Source: an uncultured Demequinaceae bacterium (GTDB lineage Bacteria; Actinomycetota; Actinomycetes; Actinomycetales; Demequinaceae). From it: DNA of 64,000 nucleotides. A program made the translations under genes and the position numbers. The notes below the pieces were generated by a model. It did no database searches. It saw only the letters and a program-made list of their open reading frames with translations, and was not told the DNA's origin. This document shows positions 29,777 through 42,247 of the stretch, in pieces (position 1 is the first letter of the stretch; each line of letters starts with the position of its first letter). The DNA lies in assembly GCA_964564915.1 (NCBI GenBank), contig CAZMCU010000003.1:2676-66675 (forward strand). The letters are read 5' to 3'.

Positions 29777-30777
29777 CTCGTTGCGACCGACACCAGGTTG
29801 TGATCCGCCGCGACGACCGTCGGCAGCAGGCCCGAGCCCGCGGCTCCGATCCGCAAGACGACGAGATCCTCGTATCGATGAACCACCCTCGCCTTCAGGG
29901 TTTCTTGAAGGAGGGCCTTGTCCGAGGCAGGGAGGGAGAGTTGCGCGCCGGGAACGTTGAAGTCCGACACCACGTCAAGGGGCAAGAAGACGAGCGCTCC
30001 CCCCTCGGCATCGGCGAGGACGAACGCCTCGTCGATGCGGGCCGTTACGGTGTCGCCGTAGGTCCCGCTGCGGGGAGCCGCGCTCGCGGCGAGGGCGGTG
30101 CGCGCCTCGAACATCCTTTGGCGATACGGGTCGGGGGCGAACGCTTCCTCCAACTCGCTCGAGGCTCCCGCGTTCAGAAGCGCGACGTAGTCCTCGATCG
30201 CCTGCTCCGGTGTCAAGGTGAATCCCGGGGTGTCGAGCGAGAGTTGGTCGGCGCCCGTCGACTGGCCCGGCATCGCCGGGAGGACGCCTCCGGGGACCAT
30301 GTGAGCCCACCATCGAAGCTGGTACTCGGATTGGACGTCGTCCTGGACCCATTCGAGCACCACCGGTGTGTGGGCGGCGTCGGCGGCTTCCGCGACGGTC
30401 GCCATCACGCGTGGCCACGTTGCCGAACCCGTCGTGTACGTGGCGAGCATGGTCTCGGAGATGACCTCCGGGGCGGCTCCCCCGTTGGCCGCAACGATGT
30501 ATTCCGTCGCCCTTGTTGTCGCGGCGGAACCGGACACCCGCTCCCCCAACAGGCTGGGGTCTTTCGCCCCATCGGCTGCGGCGAGTTCGCTCATGGTCTC
30601 GGATACGATCCGGTCGGATTGAGCCGGGACGACGGCCCCCGGGGCGTCGAGCGTGGGTGCGTCTGGCGTTGAGGGAACGGGGGGCATGCAGGCGGCGAGG
30701 GAGAGCGCGGCAAGGGCGGCGGCCGCGGCTCGCACGACTCGCGCGGGTCGTGCGGCACGCATCGGCGTGAGCGTCAT
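29773..30777 (-). CDS. lipoprotein of unknown function
   Basis: The ATG at 30777 overlaps the upstream stop (ATGA). Signal peptide plus lipobox (AALAALSLAAC). I recognise no family. Confidence 0.6.
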   Translation of the reverse strand: MTLTPMRAARPARVVRAAAAALAALSLAACMPPVPSTPDAPTLDAPGAVVPAQSDRIVSETMSELAAADGAKDPSLLGERVSGSAATTRATEYIVAANGGAAPEVISETMLATYTTGSATWPRVMATVAEAADAAHTPVVLEWVQDDVQSEYQLRWWAHMVPGGVLPAMPGQSTGADQLSLDTPGFTLTPEQAIEDYVALLNAGASSELEEAFAPDPYRQRMFEARTALAASAAPRSGTYGDTVTARIDEAFVLADAEGGALVFLPLDVVSDFNVPGAQLSLPASDKALLQETLKARVVHRYEDLVVLRIGAAGSGLLPTVVAADHNLVSVATS

Positions 30778-31466
30778 GGCTTCTTCGCCTTCCGCTTGGG
30801 CTGGGCATCCACCTTGGCCTTCTTCGCCTCGCTCGTCTTCTTCACGCTGTCGTGCCCCTTCCGTTCCCTCTCCCGCGTGGTAGGCAGCTGAGACTCGACG
30901 AGTCCGGCAGCGAGGATGACGAGTCCCACGACGATCAGGGAGAGCCCCCCGGCGATGACGGGCCACGCCCACCCATTGCCACGGTCGCGCGAGAGGGTGA
31001 GCGTGACGTCTCCCAGCGACGACCCGGATTCGGACACGAGGACGATCACCACGCCCGGTTCGACATCGGCGGGGTCGATCGTCGTCTCCCCCGTAGCGTG
31101 TCTCGAATCCCGCCACAGGTCGCCATCGCCATCGGCGACGTAGCTCCCGCCAGCGTTAACGTCGTCGACCTGGACGTCGTCCCACGACACGAGACCCCTG
31201 ACGACGCTCGTGTGATCATCCTCGGCCCACGCGAACACGTCGACCGGTCGTGCCGTCCGGACGTCGAACGCCCCCGGCGCCGTGACGGAAATCGACAGGA
31301 GTCCATCGAAGGCAACCACCTCGGGAGGGATGACCGCGATGGGTGCTTCAAGGTCTCCTACGGCGTTAACGGTTGCGGCGGGACGGAGCAGAATGGCGAC
31401 TCCGCCGACGGCGCACAGAGCCAATCCGGCAAGGCCAACAAGGGGTGCCAACCACTTTCGCTTCAC
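30774..31466 (-). CDS. membrane protein with TM segments at both ends, an acidic extracytoplasmic domain and a Lys-rich C-terminal tail
   Basis: N-terminal TM LAPLVGLAGLALCAVGGVAILL and C-terminal TM WPVIAGGLSLIVVGLVILAAGLV, then ...KKTSEAKKAKVDAQPKRKAKKP. Confidence 0.55.
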   Translation of the reverse strand: MKRKWLAPLVGLAGLALCAVGGVAILLRPAATVNAVGDLEAPIAVIPPEVVAFDGLLSISVTAPGAFDVRTARPVDVFAWAEDDHTSVVRGLVSWDDVQVDDVNAGGSYVADGDGDLWRDSRHATGETTIDPADVEPGVVIVLVSESGSSLGDVTLTLSRDRGNGWAWPVIAGGLSLIVVGLVILAAGLVESQLPTTRERERKGHDSVKKTSEAKKAKVDAQPKRKAKKP

Positions 31467-31585
31467 GTTCCTCCCTGGATCGGCTTTCTACTCTAGTGTC
31501 CCGCCGTCAGGGAGTCGCGTTGTGGTGTCCGCGCGTGCCCACTACCCTGGGAACGAGTGTTACCTGCCCTGCAGAAGGAGTGCCC

Positions 31586-33034
31586 ATGTCGGAACCGAAT
31601 TCGCCGTTCCCGATCACGATGCGCGGTTACGACCGCGACGCCGTGGCGGCGTACCTCGGGCAGATGGAGGATCAGATCCGGGACGCGAGAGCGGAAGCCG
31701 ACGCTGCCCGTCAGGAAGCCGAGCGCGTGCGTTCGGAACTCGATGCAGCTCAGGAGAGCCTCCGCGAGGCGGGCAAGCCGACGTACACCGGATTGGGAAC
31801 CAGGGTCGAGCAACTCCTGCGTTCCGCGGAGGAGCAGTCGGCCGACGTGCTCGCCCGCGCCAACACACACTCGCAAGAAACGATCGCTCGTGCCAATCTC
31901 GCCGCGCAGCAACTCCGCGCTCGCGCGGACAACGAGGTCTCCGAGTTGCTGGCCCAGGCCAGACGGGAGGCGGATCTGCTCAAGACGTCGAGCGAGCGTG
32001 AGGCCGCCGCGCTGCGTGAGACGACCCAGCAACAGGTCGACGAACTCCTGTCGACTACGAAGCGTGAGGTCGAGTCCACGCGTTCCGCCCTCGACGCCGA
32101 GGTCGCCGAGAAAAGGGCGACGCTGGAGCGAGAGGTCGCGTCCACGAGGGCGACCGCCGAGCGCGAGGCAACGGAACTCAGGGTCGCGACGCAACGAGAG
32201 GCCTCCGAACTGGAGGAGTCCTCCCGCGTCCAGGCTGACCGTCTTCTCGCCGAAGCGAAGGCGACGGCCGATCGCATGGTCGAGGAGGGCCGCGCCGAAC
32301 GCGACAAGGCCCGTCAGGATGCGTTGCGGATCCGCGAGGACCTACAAGTCGAGTCGGCTCAGAAGAAGGAAGACACCGAACGCGTCCTCAAGGTGAGGTA
32401 CGACGAGGCAAACGCGGAGTACGAGGCGCTGGTCTCCGACGCTCGCCAGCGGGCACACGAGGCCGAGGCCCGGATGCAAGCCGCGATCGAACGCGGGGAG
32501 GCTGCGCGATCCGAGGCCGAACGTCATGCGGAAACCCTGCTGACCAACGCGCGAAAGAACGCCGACGAGATCATCGCGGAAGCCCGCGAGCACGCAGAGA
32601 AGATCATGAGCGAGGCCGTCAACGATTCCGAGAGGGAGCGCGCCTCCGCGCAGCGCGAGGTTGCCGAACTCAACCGCCAGCGTGAATCGATCACGGCCTA
32701 CCTCGATGAGTTGAGGGTGCTCCTGACGACGGACCCGACCGCACGACCCGCCAACTCGCCGCTACCGGCCATGCTCGCGCCACTCGTCGCCTCGTCCCCG
32801 TCGTCCGACGCTGAGGCACCGGAGGCGAACCCCGATCTGAGCGCCGATCTGGTCAGCGCCCTAGGACTCGCCGAGGAGGCAGCCCGGTCCAAGCCGACCG
32901 ACACCGCCGCCACGAACGTCGGGCTCGACGGACAACCGATCGACGACGCGCCGGAAACGGCGGAGGTCTTCGATGCGTTCGAGGAAATCGAGGAGACCAA
33001 GGCCCCCGCCGACGAAATCGAAGACGTCGACTAG
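31586..33034 (+). CDS. DivIVA-domain protein with long Ala/Glu/Arg coiled-coil and acidic C-terminus
   Basis: N-terminal FPITMRGYDRDAVAAYLGQMEDQI (DivIVA motif), then about 350 aa of heptad-like E/A/R-rich sequence. ATG 31586 is preceded by a GAAGGAG SD. Confidence 0.8.
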   Translation: MSEPNSPFPITMRGYDRDAVAAYLGQMEDQIRDARAEADAARQEAERVRSELDAAQESLREAGKPTYTGLGTRVEQLLRSAEEQSADVLARANTHSQETIARANLAAQQLRARADNEVSELLAQARREADLLKTSSEREAAALRETTQQQVDELLSTTKREVESTRSALDAEVAEKRATLEREVASTRATAEREATELRVATQREASELEESSRVQADRLLAEAKATADRMVEEGRAERDKARQDALRIREDLQVESAQKKEDTERVLKVRYDEANAEYEALVSDARQRAHEAEARMQAAIERGEAARSEAERHAETLLTNARKNADEIIAEAREHAEKIMSEAVNDSERERASAQREVAELNRQRESITAYLDELRVLLTTDPTARPANSPLPAMLAPLVASSPSSDAEAPEANPDLSADLVSALGLAEEAARSKPTDTAATNVGLDGQPIDDAPETAEVFDAFEEIEETKAPADEIEDVD

Positions 33035-33035
33035 C

Positions 33036-33500
33036 ATGACCCCCACGGTCGCGCCCGACGGCGCCGATAGCGGCACGTCGGCACGGCCCGCCGATCCCCG
33101 AACGGAACGGGTGATGGCCCATGCGGAGGCCCTGGCTAAGGCCAAGGCTGCGGAGGGGCACCGAGCCTCCACCCTCCTTCAGGATTTCGTCCGTCACGCG
33201 CAGGCCGCGGGAATCCCCGCCACGCGACTGCGAGCGCGCTCCCACCGAGGGAAGGCTCGCTACGGCACGAATGTCGTGGGGTGGTACCTGCGCCACGACC
33301 GCTCCGTCGGGGTTTCGACCGACGGCGCCTTCTACGTTCTCACGACCCCGGCAAGCCCGACCGCTCGATTTCTGGGTGTGACCCTCAACCCGACCGACCC
33401 TCCGATGGAACTGGGGAGGGGTGCCCGCGATGGCGAGTCGATGCCGCTTTCCGTGGCGCTCAAACGGCGGCTCGACGCCGGGACGGACTTCCCCTCCTAG
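33036..33500 (+). CDS. hypothetical protein
   Basis: The ATG at 33036 lies 1 nt after the DivIVA-domain gene TAG. High GC3. I recognise no motif. Confidence 0.5.
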   Translation: MTPTVAPDGADSGTSARPADPRTERVMAHAEALAKAKAAEGHRASTLLQDFVRHAQAAGIPATRLRARSHRGKARYGTNVVGWYLRHDRSVGVSTDGAFYVLTTPASPTARFLGVTLNPTDPPMELGRGARDGESMPLSVALKRRLDAGTDFPS

Positions 33501-33517
33501 GCGGGCGCGGCCCCGCA

Positions 33518-34327
33518 CTATCGCCCGATCAGCCTCTGGAGCGCGTCTGCGACCGCCTCAGGGGCCTCCAGCGGACTCAGGTGCCCCACCCCGGGGATCT
33601 GGTCCACCGACACCCCGGCGGCGTCCGCCATCTGCTCGGCTTCCTCGCGGGACGCCAGGGCGTCGTTCTCGCCCCACACGACGACCACCGGTCCTCCGAC
33701 GGCCCCCAGGAGACGCGTGCGGTCCGGCCGCGCCGCCATCGCCCGCTGCCCCCACGCGACGGCTTCTGGGGTGGCCGAGCCGATAATCGCAGCCGCGGCC
33801 GTTACCGCGTCCTCGCGGCCGGGGCCGACGAGCCCGACGAGGGTCTGCGCCTGATCCTTGGGGTCGGGCAGGGAATGGCTCGTTTCGGCTTCGAGGGCCA
33901 CCGCGAGCCTTCCCTGTCGCCTCGCGTCATCGTCGGCAATGGACCGAGTGTCGACGAGCCCGAGCCCGGCGACGGCGTCGGGGTGCCGCTCGGCGATCGC
34001 CAACGCGACATAGCCGCCCATCGAACACCCAACCCAGTGCGCGGCTTCCGCTCCGATTCCGTTCCTCAGGGTGACGACGGCGGCGTCGGCGATGGCGTCG
34101 ATGCTCGGCTCGATCCCGGGCCATGGTGGCGTGGTGCCGAAGCCGGGGTAGTCGAGACCGTGACACGTCGCCCCGCGGGCCTCAAGAAGGCGAGCGAGGG
34201 GTTCCCACATGCGTGCGTCGAGGGGGAAGGCATGGAGGAACACCACGGGGTGCTTCCCGCGTCGGCCCGCGGCGGGACCCGCGCCTCTCAGGCCGACGTT
34301 CAGGACAGGCCTATCGTTTCCCATCAT
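33518..34327 (-). CDS. alpha/beta hydrolase
   Basis: Oxyanion-region HPVVFLHAFPLD, nucleophile elbow GCSMGGYVA, C-terminal GVGHLSPLE. ATG ATG at 34327 overlaps the upstream stop. Confidence 0.8.
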   Translation of the reverse strand: MMGNDRPVLNVGLRGAGPAAGRRGKHPVVFLHAFPLDARMWEPLARLLEARGATCHGLDYPGFGTTPPWPGIEPSIDAIADAAVVTLRNGIGAEAAHWVGCSMGGYVALAIAERHPDAVAGLGLVDTRSIADDDARRQGRLAVALEAETSHSLPDPKDQAQTLVGLVGPGREDAVTAAAAIIGSATPEAVAWGQRAMAARPDRTRLLGAVGGPVVVVWGENDALASREEAEQMADAAGVSVDQIPGVGHLSPLEAPEAVADALQRLIGR

Positions 34328-35106
34328 CGCTCCACCTTTCCCGCATCCACGGAGGGCACCTCGGTCGGCAGCGGCGCGCGCCCCGGTGCGATCCTCTCGA
34401 CCACGCGATCCAGCACCCATCGTACGTACCGCTCCCCGACCCACAGGTGGCGCGCCCCTTCTCCTTCGACGACCTCGACCCCGGGGAAGGCGGCAAACCT
34501 CGCGCGCGCCTCGACGGGGGTGAGGTATTCGTCGTGCTCCGGCACGAGGGCGACGACGGGCTTGCCCGTCGCTTGCCACGCGGCGATGTCGTCGTCCCGC
34601 GCGCGCATGAGCGGAGGGGAAAGGAGAATCGCCCCCTCGACATCGAGGGCGCTCCCGTGCATCAGGGCGAGCTCCGTCCCAAAGGACCATCCCAGCAGCC
34701 ATCGGTGAGGGAGGCCCCGAGAGACGATGAGATCGACGGCCGCCCGAACGTCGGCCCCCTCGCCCACTCCCCCCTCGAAGTGCCCCTCGGAAGCCCCTCG
34801 CGGGCTGTGGGTGCCGCGTGTGTTGAACCGGAGCACGGCGATATCGGCTAAGTACGGCAGTCTCCAAGCCGCCTTGCGCAATACGTGGGAGTCCATGAAT
34901 CCGCCGTGCGTGGGGAGGGGGTGGAGCGTCACGAGTGTCGCGACGACCGTGCCCGAGGCGGGAAGCGCCAACTCGCCAACGAGGTTGAGCCCGTCTTCGG
35001 TGTGTATCGTGACGTCCTCCCGGATCGCGGGGAGGATCGTCATCGACCGCAGTTCGGTGGTCGGCTCCCCCTCTGGCGTCTCCTCGGGCAACGCAGGGTC
35101 AACCAC
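34324..35106 (-). CDS. alpha/beta hydrolase
   Basis: Nucleophile elbow GWSFGTELA and HPLPTHGG. The start is ambiguous. GTG 35106 has a GGGAGGG SD and overlaps the upstream gene end; ATG 35043 has no SD. Confidence 0.7.
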   Translation of the reverse strand: MVDPALPEETPEGEPTTELRSMTILPAIREDVTIHTEDGLNLVGELALPASGTVVATLVTLHPLPTHGGFMDSHVLRKAAWRLPYLADIAVLRFNTRGTHSPRGASEGHFEGGVGEGADVRAAVDLIVSRGLPHRWLLGWSFGTELALMHGSALDVEGAILLSPPLMRARDDDIAAWQATGKPVVALVPEHDEYLTPVEARARFAAFPGVEVVEGEGARHLWVGERYVRWVLDRVVERIAPGRAPLPTEVPSVDAGKVER

Positions 35107-35404
35107 GCGCCCTCCCGAAGCGCTCCCAACACGCCGTGTGCCAGTGCCGACGTTCCTCCTCCGCGACCGCTGGCCCAAAGAGGCCTCCCGCGGCCCACGC
35201 GACCACATGATTGGTCATCGCGGGGATGTCCTGGCCGCACGCGGGGCATACATAGGTCTTGTCGCGCTGGCGCGAGATGGCGACGTAGAACGGCTCGTTC
35301 CCCGGTCCAGCCTCGAGCCGCGCGGGAAATCCCCCCGTCACCTTGTCGAGGTCGAGTTCGGGGTGGGGCTCGCCGTACGGACGTTTGCGGGATCGGCGGG
35401 CCAT
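35099..35404 (-). CDS. small conserved-looking protein with CxxC...HxHxxC putative zinc site
   Basis: 101 aa with YVCPACGQ and RRHWHTACWERF. Apparently leaderless (TAGGAT, 6 nt, ATG). Confidence 0.55.
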   Translation of the reverse strand: MARRSRKRPYGEPHPELDLDKVTGGFPARLEAGPGNEPFYVAISRQRDKTYVCPACGQDIPAMTNHVVAWAAGGLFGPAVAEEERRHWHTACWERFGRARG

Positions 35405-35416
35405 AAGGCAATCCTA
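35402..35416 (-). promoter_or_regulatory. putative -10 (TAGGAT) 6 nt before the ATG of the small CxxC protein gene
   Basis: Minus strand reads TAGGAT tgcctt ATG. Confidence 0.35.
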
Positions 35417-35469
35417 GGCTCGCGATCCTGGGAGACTTTCCCGTGCGAGTGGCCCAGCGGCGCTGCCCC

Positions 35470-36165
35470 CTAGAACAGGCGGCGCGAGTGGTCTTCCGTC
35501 CCCCGGAGCGCTTCGTAGTCGAGGACAACGCACCGGATCCCTCGGTCCTCGGCGAGCACACGCGCCTGCGGCTTGATCTCCTGAGCCGCAAACACCCCCT
35601 CGACCGGGGACAACAAGGGGTCGCGATTGAGCAGGTCGAGGTACCGCGTGAGTTGCTCGACCCCATCGACGTCGCCCCGCCTCTTGATCTCAATCGCCAC
35701 CGACCGACCCCCGCCGTCGCGCGCGAGGATGTCCACGGGACCGATCGCGGTGGGATACTCCCGGCGGACGAGCGTGTACCCCTCCCCCAACGTTCCGATC
35801 TGGTCGGCCAGCAATTCCTGGAGGTGCGCCTCGACACCGTCCTTGACGAGCCCGGGGTCCGCCCCCAACTCGTGCTCGCTGTCGGCCAGTACCTCGTGAA
35901 TCTCGATCTCCAGCCGGTCGTCCGCCTTCGCGTGTTGAACGATCCACACGAGGACGGCTCCGCGGGCGGCCGCCTCCTCCCCGGGAGCCTCCTCGCGCAG
36001 CGTGCACGGGGGGCTCATCCAGTTGAGGGGCTTGTACGAACCGCCATCGGCATGCACCAGCACCGAGCCGTCGGCCTTGACCATGATGGCTCTCGTCGCC
36101 AGCGGCAGATTCGCCGAGAGGCGCCCGGAGTACGCCGCGGAGCATCGAGCGATAAGGATGCGCAC
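35470..36165 (-). CDS. nucS: endonuclease NucS (EndoMS), non-canonical mismatch repair nuclease
   Basis: N-terminus MRILIARC..AYSGRL. RecB-like core [21 protein letters not shown]-terminal ...SRRLF resembles a beta-clamp-binding tail. The GTG start lies 1 nt after the atpC stop. Confidence 0.9.
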   Translation of the reverse strand: MRILIARCSAAYSGRLSANLPLATRAIMVKADGSVLVHADGGSYKPLNWMSPPCTLREEAPGEEAAARGAVLVWIVQHAKADDRLEIEIHEVLADSEHELGADPGLVKDGVEAHLQELLADQIGTLGEGYTLVRREYPTAIGPVDILARDGGGRSVAIEIKRRGDVDGVEQLTRYLDLLNRDPLLSPVEGVFAAQEIKPQARVLAEDRGIRCVVLDYEALRGTEDHSRRLF

Positions 36166-36166
36166 G

Positions 36167-36463
36167 CTACCCGCCGGACGGAGCGGCGAACCCCTCGACC
36201 GAGGCGTCCGACCCCGGGGACGGGTCCGCGGCGATCGTCACCAAATCCTCGTCGAACGACACGTAGCCTCCACCGATCGGCACGTCGATGACGTCTCCGT
36301 CCTCCTGCACGACGTGGACGTTGCATGCCCGGAGCACCGAGAGGATGGGTTCGTGGGCGGGGTACAGCCCCATCGAACCCTCGACGGTCATGAGGGACAC
36401 ATGCTCGGCCGAACCCCGGAAGAGCACCCCGGCGGGCGAGACGATGTTGACGCTGAGAGACAT
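36167..36463 (-). CDS. atpC: F1 ATP synthase subunit epsilon (short form, beta-sandwich domain only)
   Basis: 98 aa beginning [42 protein letters not shown]. Last gene of the atp operon. Confidence 0.85.
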   Translation of the reverse strand: MSLSVNIVSPAGVLFRGSAEHVSLMTVEGSMGLYPAHEPILSVLRACNVHVVQEDGDVIDVPIGGGYVSFDEDLVTIAADPSPGSDASVEGFAAPSGG

Positions 36464-36466
36464 GGT

Positions 36467-38915
<2,449 letters not shown>

Positions 38916-38918
38916 CCG

Positions 38919-40553
38919 CTACGCCTTCTTCTTCCTGATGATTTTCTCCTGCGCCACGTCCGCCGTGCGGCCGTCGGCCACGGACTGCGTCGTGCTCAAC
39001 TCGGTACCCAGGGTCGCGGTGAAGGTCGCAAGGTACTCGTCCACCTGCTTCGCCAGTTCCGCCTCAACCTCGTCGGAGAGAAGTCCGGTCGTCGCGATCT
39101 TTTGGAGCACCTTGGTGTTGCGACGCAAATGGTCGAGGAACTGGCGCTCGAAACGCAGCACGTCGATCACGGGGAGTTTGTCGAGCTTGCCGTTCGTCCC
39201 CACCCAGATCGAGACCACCTGATCCTCGATGGGATACGGGGAGAACTGGGGCTGCTTGAGGAGTTCCATCAGGCGGGAACCCCGGGCGAGCTGCTGGCGC
39301 GATGCCGCATCGAGGTCGGATGCGAACATCGCGAAGGCCTCGAGCGCACGGTACTGGGCGAGGTCGATCTTGAGGGTGCCCGCTACCTTCTTCATCGCCT
39401 TCACCTGGGCGGCACCTCCGACGCGCGAGACCGAGATGCCAACGTCGATCGCGGGGCGTTGGTTAGCGTTGAACAGGTCGGATTGGAGGAAGATCTGCCC
39501 GTCCGTGATCGAGATGACGTTGGTGGGGATGTACGCGGAGACGTCGTTTGCCTTCGTCTCGATGATCGGCAACCCCGTCATGGAGCCTCCACCCAGGTCG
39601 TCGGAAAGCTTCGCACACCGCTCCAGGAGTCGGGAGTGCAGGTAGAAGACGTCGCCGGGGTAGGCCTCGCGGCCCGGTGGGCGGCGGAGGAGGAGGGAGA
39701 CGGCGCGATAGGCCTCCGCTTGTTTGGAAAGGTCGTCGAAAACGATGAGGACGTGCTTGCCGCCGTACATCCAGTGCTGGCCGATCGCCGAGCCGGTGTA
39801 GGGGGCGAGGTACTTGAAGCCAGCCGGGTCGGACGCCGGGGCGGCGACGATTGTCGTGTACTTCAAGGCACCGGCATCCTCGAGCGCTCCACGCACCGCG
39901 GCGATCGTCGACCCCTTCTGCCCGATGGCGACGTAGATGCAGCGCACCTGTTTCGCGGGGTCGCCGCTCTCCCAGTTGTCCTTCTGGTTGATGATCGTGT
40001 CCGTCGCGATGGCGGTCTTCCCGGTCTGGCGGTCTCCGATGATGAGTTGGCGTTGACCGCGACCGATCGGAATCATCGCGTCGATCGCCTTGAGACCCGT
40101 CTGAAGCGGCTCAAAGACGGACTTGCGCTGCATGACACCGGGGGCTTGAAGTTCGAGGGCACGCCGCGCCTCCTTGGCGATCTCGCCCAACCCATCGATC
40201 GGAGTTCCGAGCGGGTCGACGACTCGTCCGAGGTACCCATCGCCTACGGCCACCGAGAGGACTTCTCCCGTCCGGTGGACCACCTGGCCCTCCTCGACGC
40301 CCGTGAACTCCCCAAGGATGACGACACCGATCTCGCGTACGTCGAGGTTGAGCGCAAGTCCTAGGGTCCCGTCCTCGAAGCGAAGGAGTTCGTTGGCCAT
40401 AACACCCGGCAGCCCGTCGACCTCGGCGATGCCGTCTGCCGCGAGCGTGACGTGACCGATCTCCTCCCGGGGCGAACCGGAAGGCTGGTAGGACCTCACG
40501 TAGGTGTCGAGGGCGGCCCGGATCTCCTCCGGACTGATCGTCATCTCGGCCAT
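38919..40553 (-). CDS. atpA: F1 ATP synthase subunit alpha
   Basis: Walker [12 protein letters not shown], plus [13 protein letters not shown]. Confidence 0.97.
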   Translation of the reverse strand: MAEMTISPEEIRAALDTYVRSYQPSGSPREEIGHVTLAADGIAEVDGLPGVMANELLRFEDGTLGLALNLDVREIGVVILGEFTGVEEGQVVHRTGEVLSVAVGDGYLGRVVDPLGTPIDGLGEIAKEARRALELQAPGVMQRKSVFEPLQTGLKAIDAMIPIGRGQRQLIIGDRQTGKTAIATDTIINQKDNWESGDPAKQVRCIYVAIGQKGSTIAAVRGALEDAGALKYTTIVAAPASDPAGFKYLAPYTGSAIGQHWMYGGKHVLIVFDDLSKQAEAYRAVSLLLRRPPGREAYPGDVFYLHSRLLERCAKLSDDLGGGSMTGLPIIETKANDVSAYIPTNVISITDGQIFLQSDLFNANQRPAIDVGISVSRVGGAAQVKAMKKVAGTLKIDLAQYRALEAFAMFASDLDAASRQQLARGSRLMELLKQPQFSPYPIEDQVVSIWVGTNGKLDKLPVIDVLRFERQFLDHLRRNTKVLQKIATTGLLSDEVEAELAKQVDEYLATFTATLGTELSTTQSVADGRTADVAQEKIIRKKKA

Positions 40554-40596
40554 ATTCTCTCTCCTGTAGGTGGTGCACTAACGTTCTGGGTCAGGT

Positions 40597-41409
40597 CTAG
40601 CCGACTAGTCGTCCCCTGGCGTCTTCGAGGCGAGCCACAATCGTGCCATCGATAACCTCGTCACCGATCTGAACCCTCACTCCTCCGATGACTCGACTAT
40701 CGACAGTAACGTTCACTCGAATGTCCCGCCCGTAGGAACGACGCAACGTCTCGGTAAGACGCTCGCGTTGGTTCGCACTCAACTCGATGGCCGTGGCGAC
40801 GTGGGCTACCGTCTTTTCACGACGGGCGGCGGCGACCTTGATGTAGTAGCAGATCATCTTTTCGAATCGACGGCCACGCGGAGAACCCGCCGCCCGGGTG
40901 AGGAGGGCAAGCGTTTCGGACGAGATGTGCGACCCGAAGAGCGTGGTAGCGAGCGCCACGCGGGCATCCGGGGGGGCGGTACGTAAGTCCAGCGCGGTGT
41001 GCAACTCGCTCTGCGTCGCGACGGTGCGCTCGATGTAGAACAACTCCTCCTCGACGGCTTCCAACTTCCCCGCGTGCTCCGCGGAGGCGAGCATGGCGTT
41101 GACGGCGGCGTCCTCGATCCCGCCGATCATGTCCTCCTGCAACCACCACCGCCGAGCCGCGAAGTCCGTGACCGCGGTGACGACGCGTGGGTCCATCCAT
41201 CCGAACAGGGATTCGATGAGGGCGCGCTTGTCCGTACCGGGACGCGCGGGGTCGGTGAGGGCGCGACGAAGCGAACCGGACGAGTCGAGGGTGTCGACCA
41301 CTCGGAAGAGTTGAGCCGCGAGACGCGCACCGTCCTCCCCTGCCGCGTTCGCGACCGGGTCGAAGGCGCGAAGACTCGCGTCTCTCGATGCCTCACTCGT
41401 CCCGCGCAT
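40597..41409 (-). CDS. atpH: F1 ATP synthase subunit delta
   Basis: Operon position between atpF and atpA. OSCP-like C-terminus IGGVRVQIGDEVIDGTI. Confidence 0.85.
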   Translation of the reverse strand: MRGTSEASRDASLRAFDPVANAAGEDGARLAAQLFRVVDTLDSSGSLRRALTDPARPGTDKRALIESLFGWMDPRVVTAVTDFAARRWWLQEDMIGGIEDAAVNAMLASAEHAGKLEAVEEELFYIERTVATQSELHTALDLRTAPPDARVALATTLFGSHISSETLALLTRAAGSPRGRRFEKMICYYIKVAAARREKTVAHVATAIELSANQRERLTETLRRSYGRDIRVNVTVDSRVIGGVRVQIGDEVIDGTIVARLEDARGRLVG

Positions 41410-41411
41410 GG

Positions 41412-42247
<836 letters not shown>

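Noticed and set aside
33500-33517. Bidirectional terminator between the 154-aa hypothetical gene and the alpha/beta hydrolase gene
   Set aside because: There is only a 5-bp stem (GCGGG-N6-CCCGC) with no U-tract, which is too weak to call.
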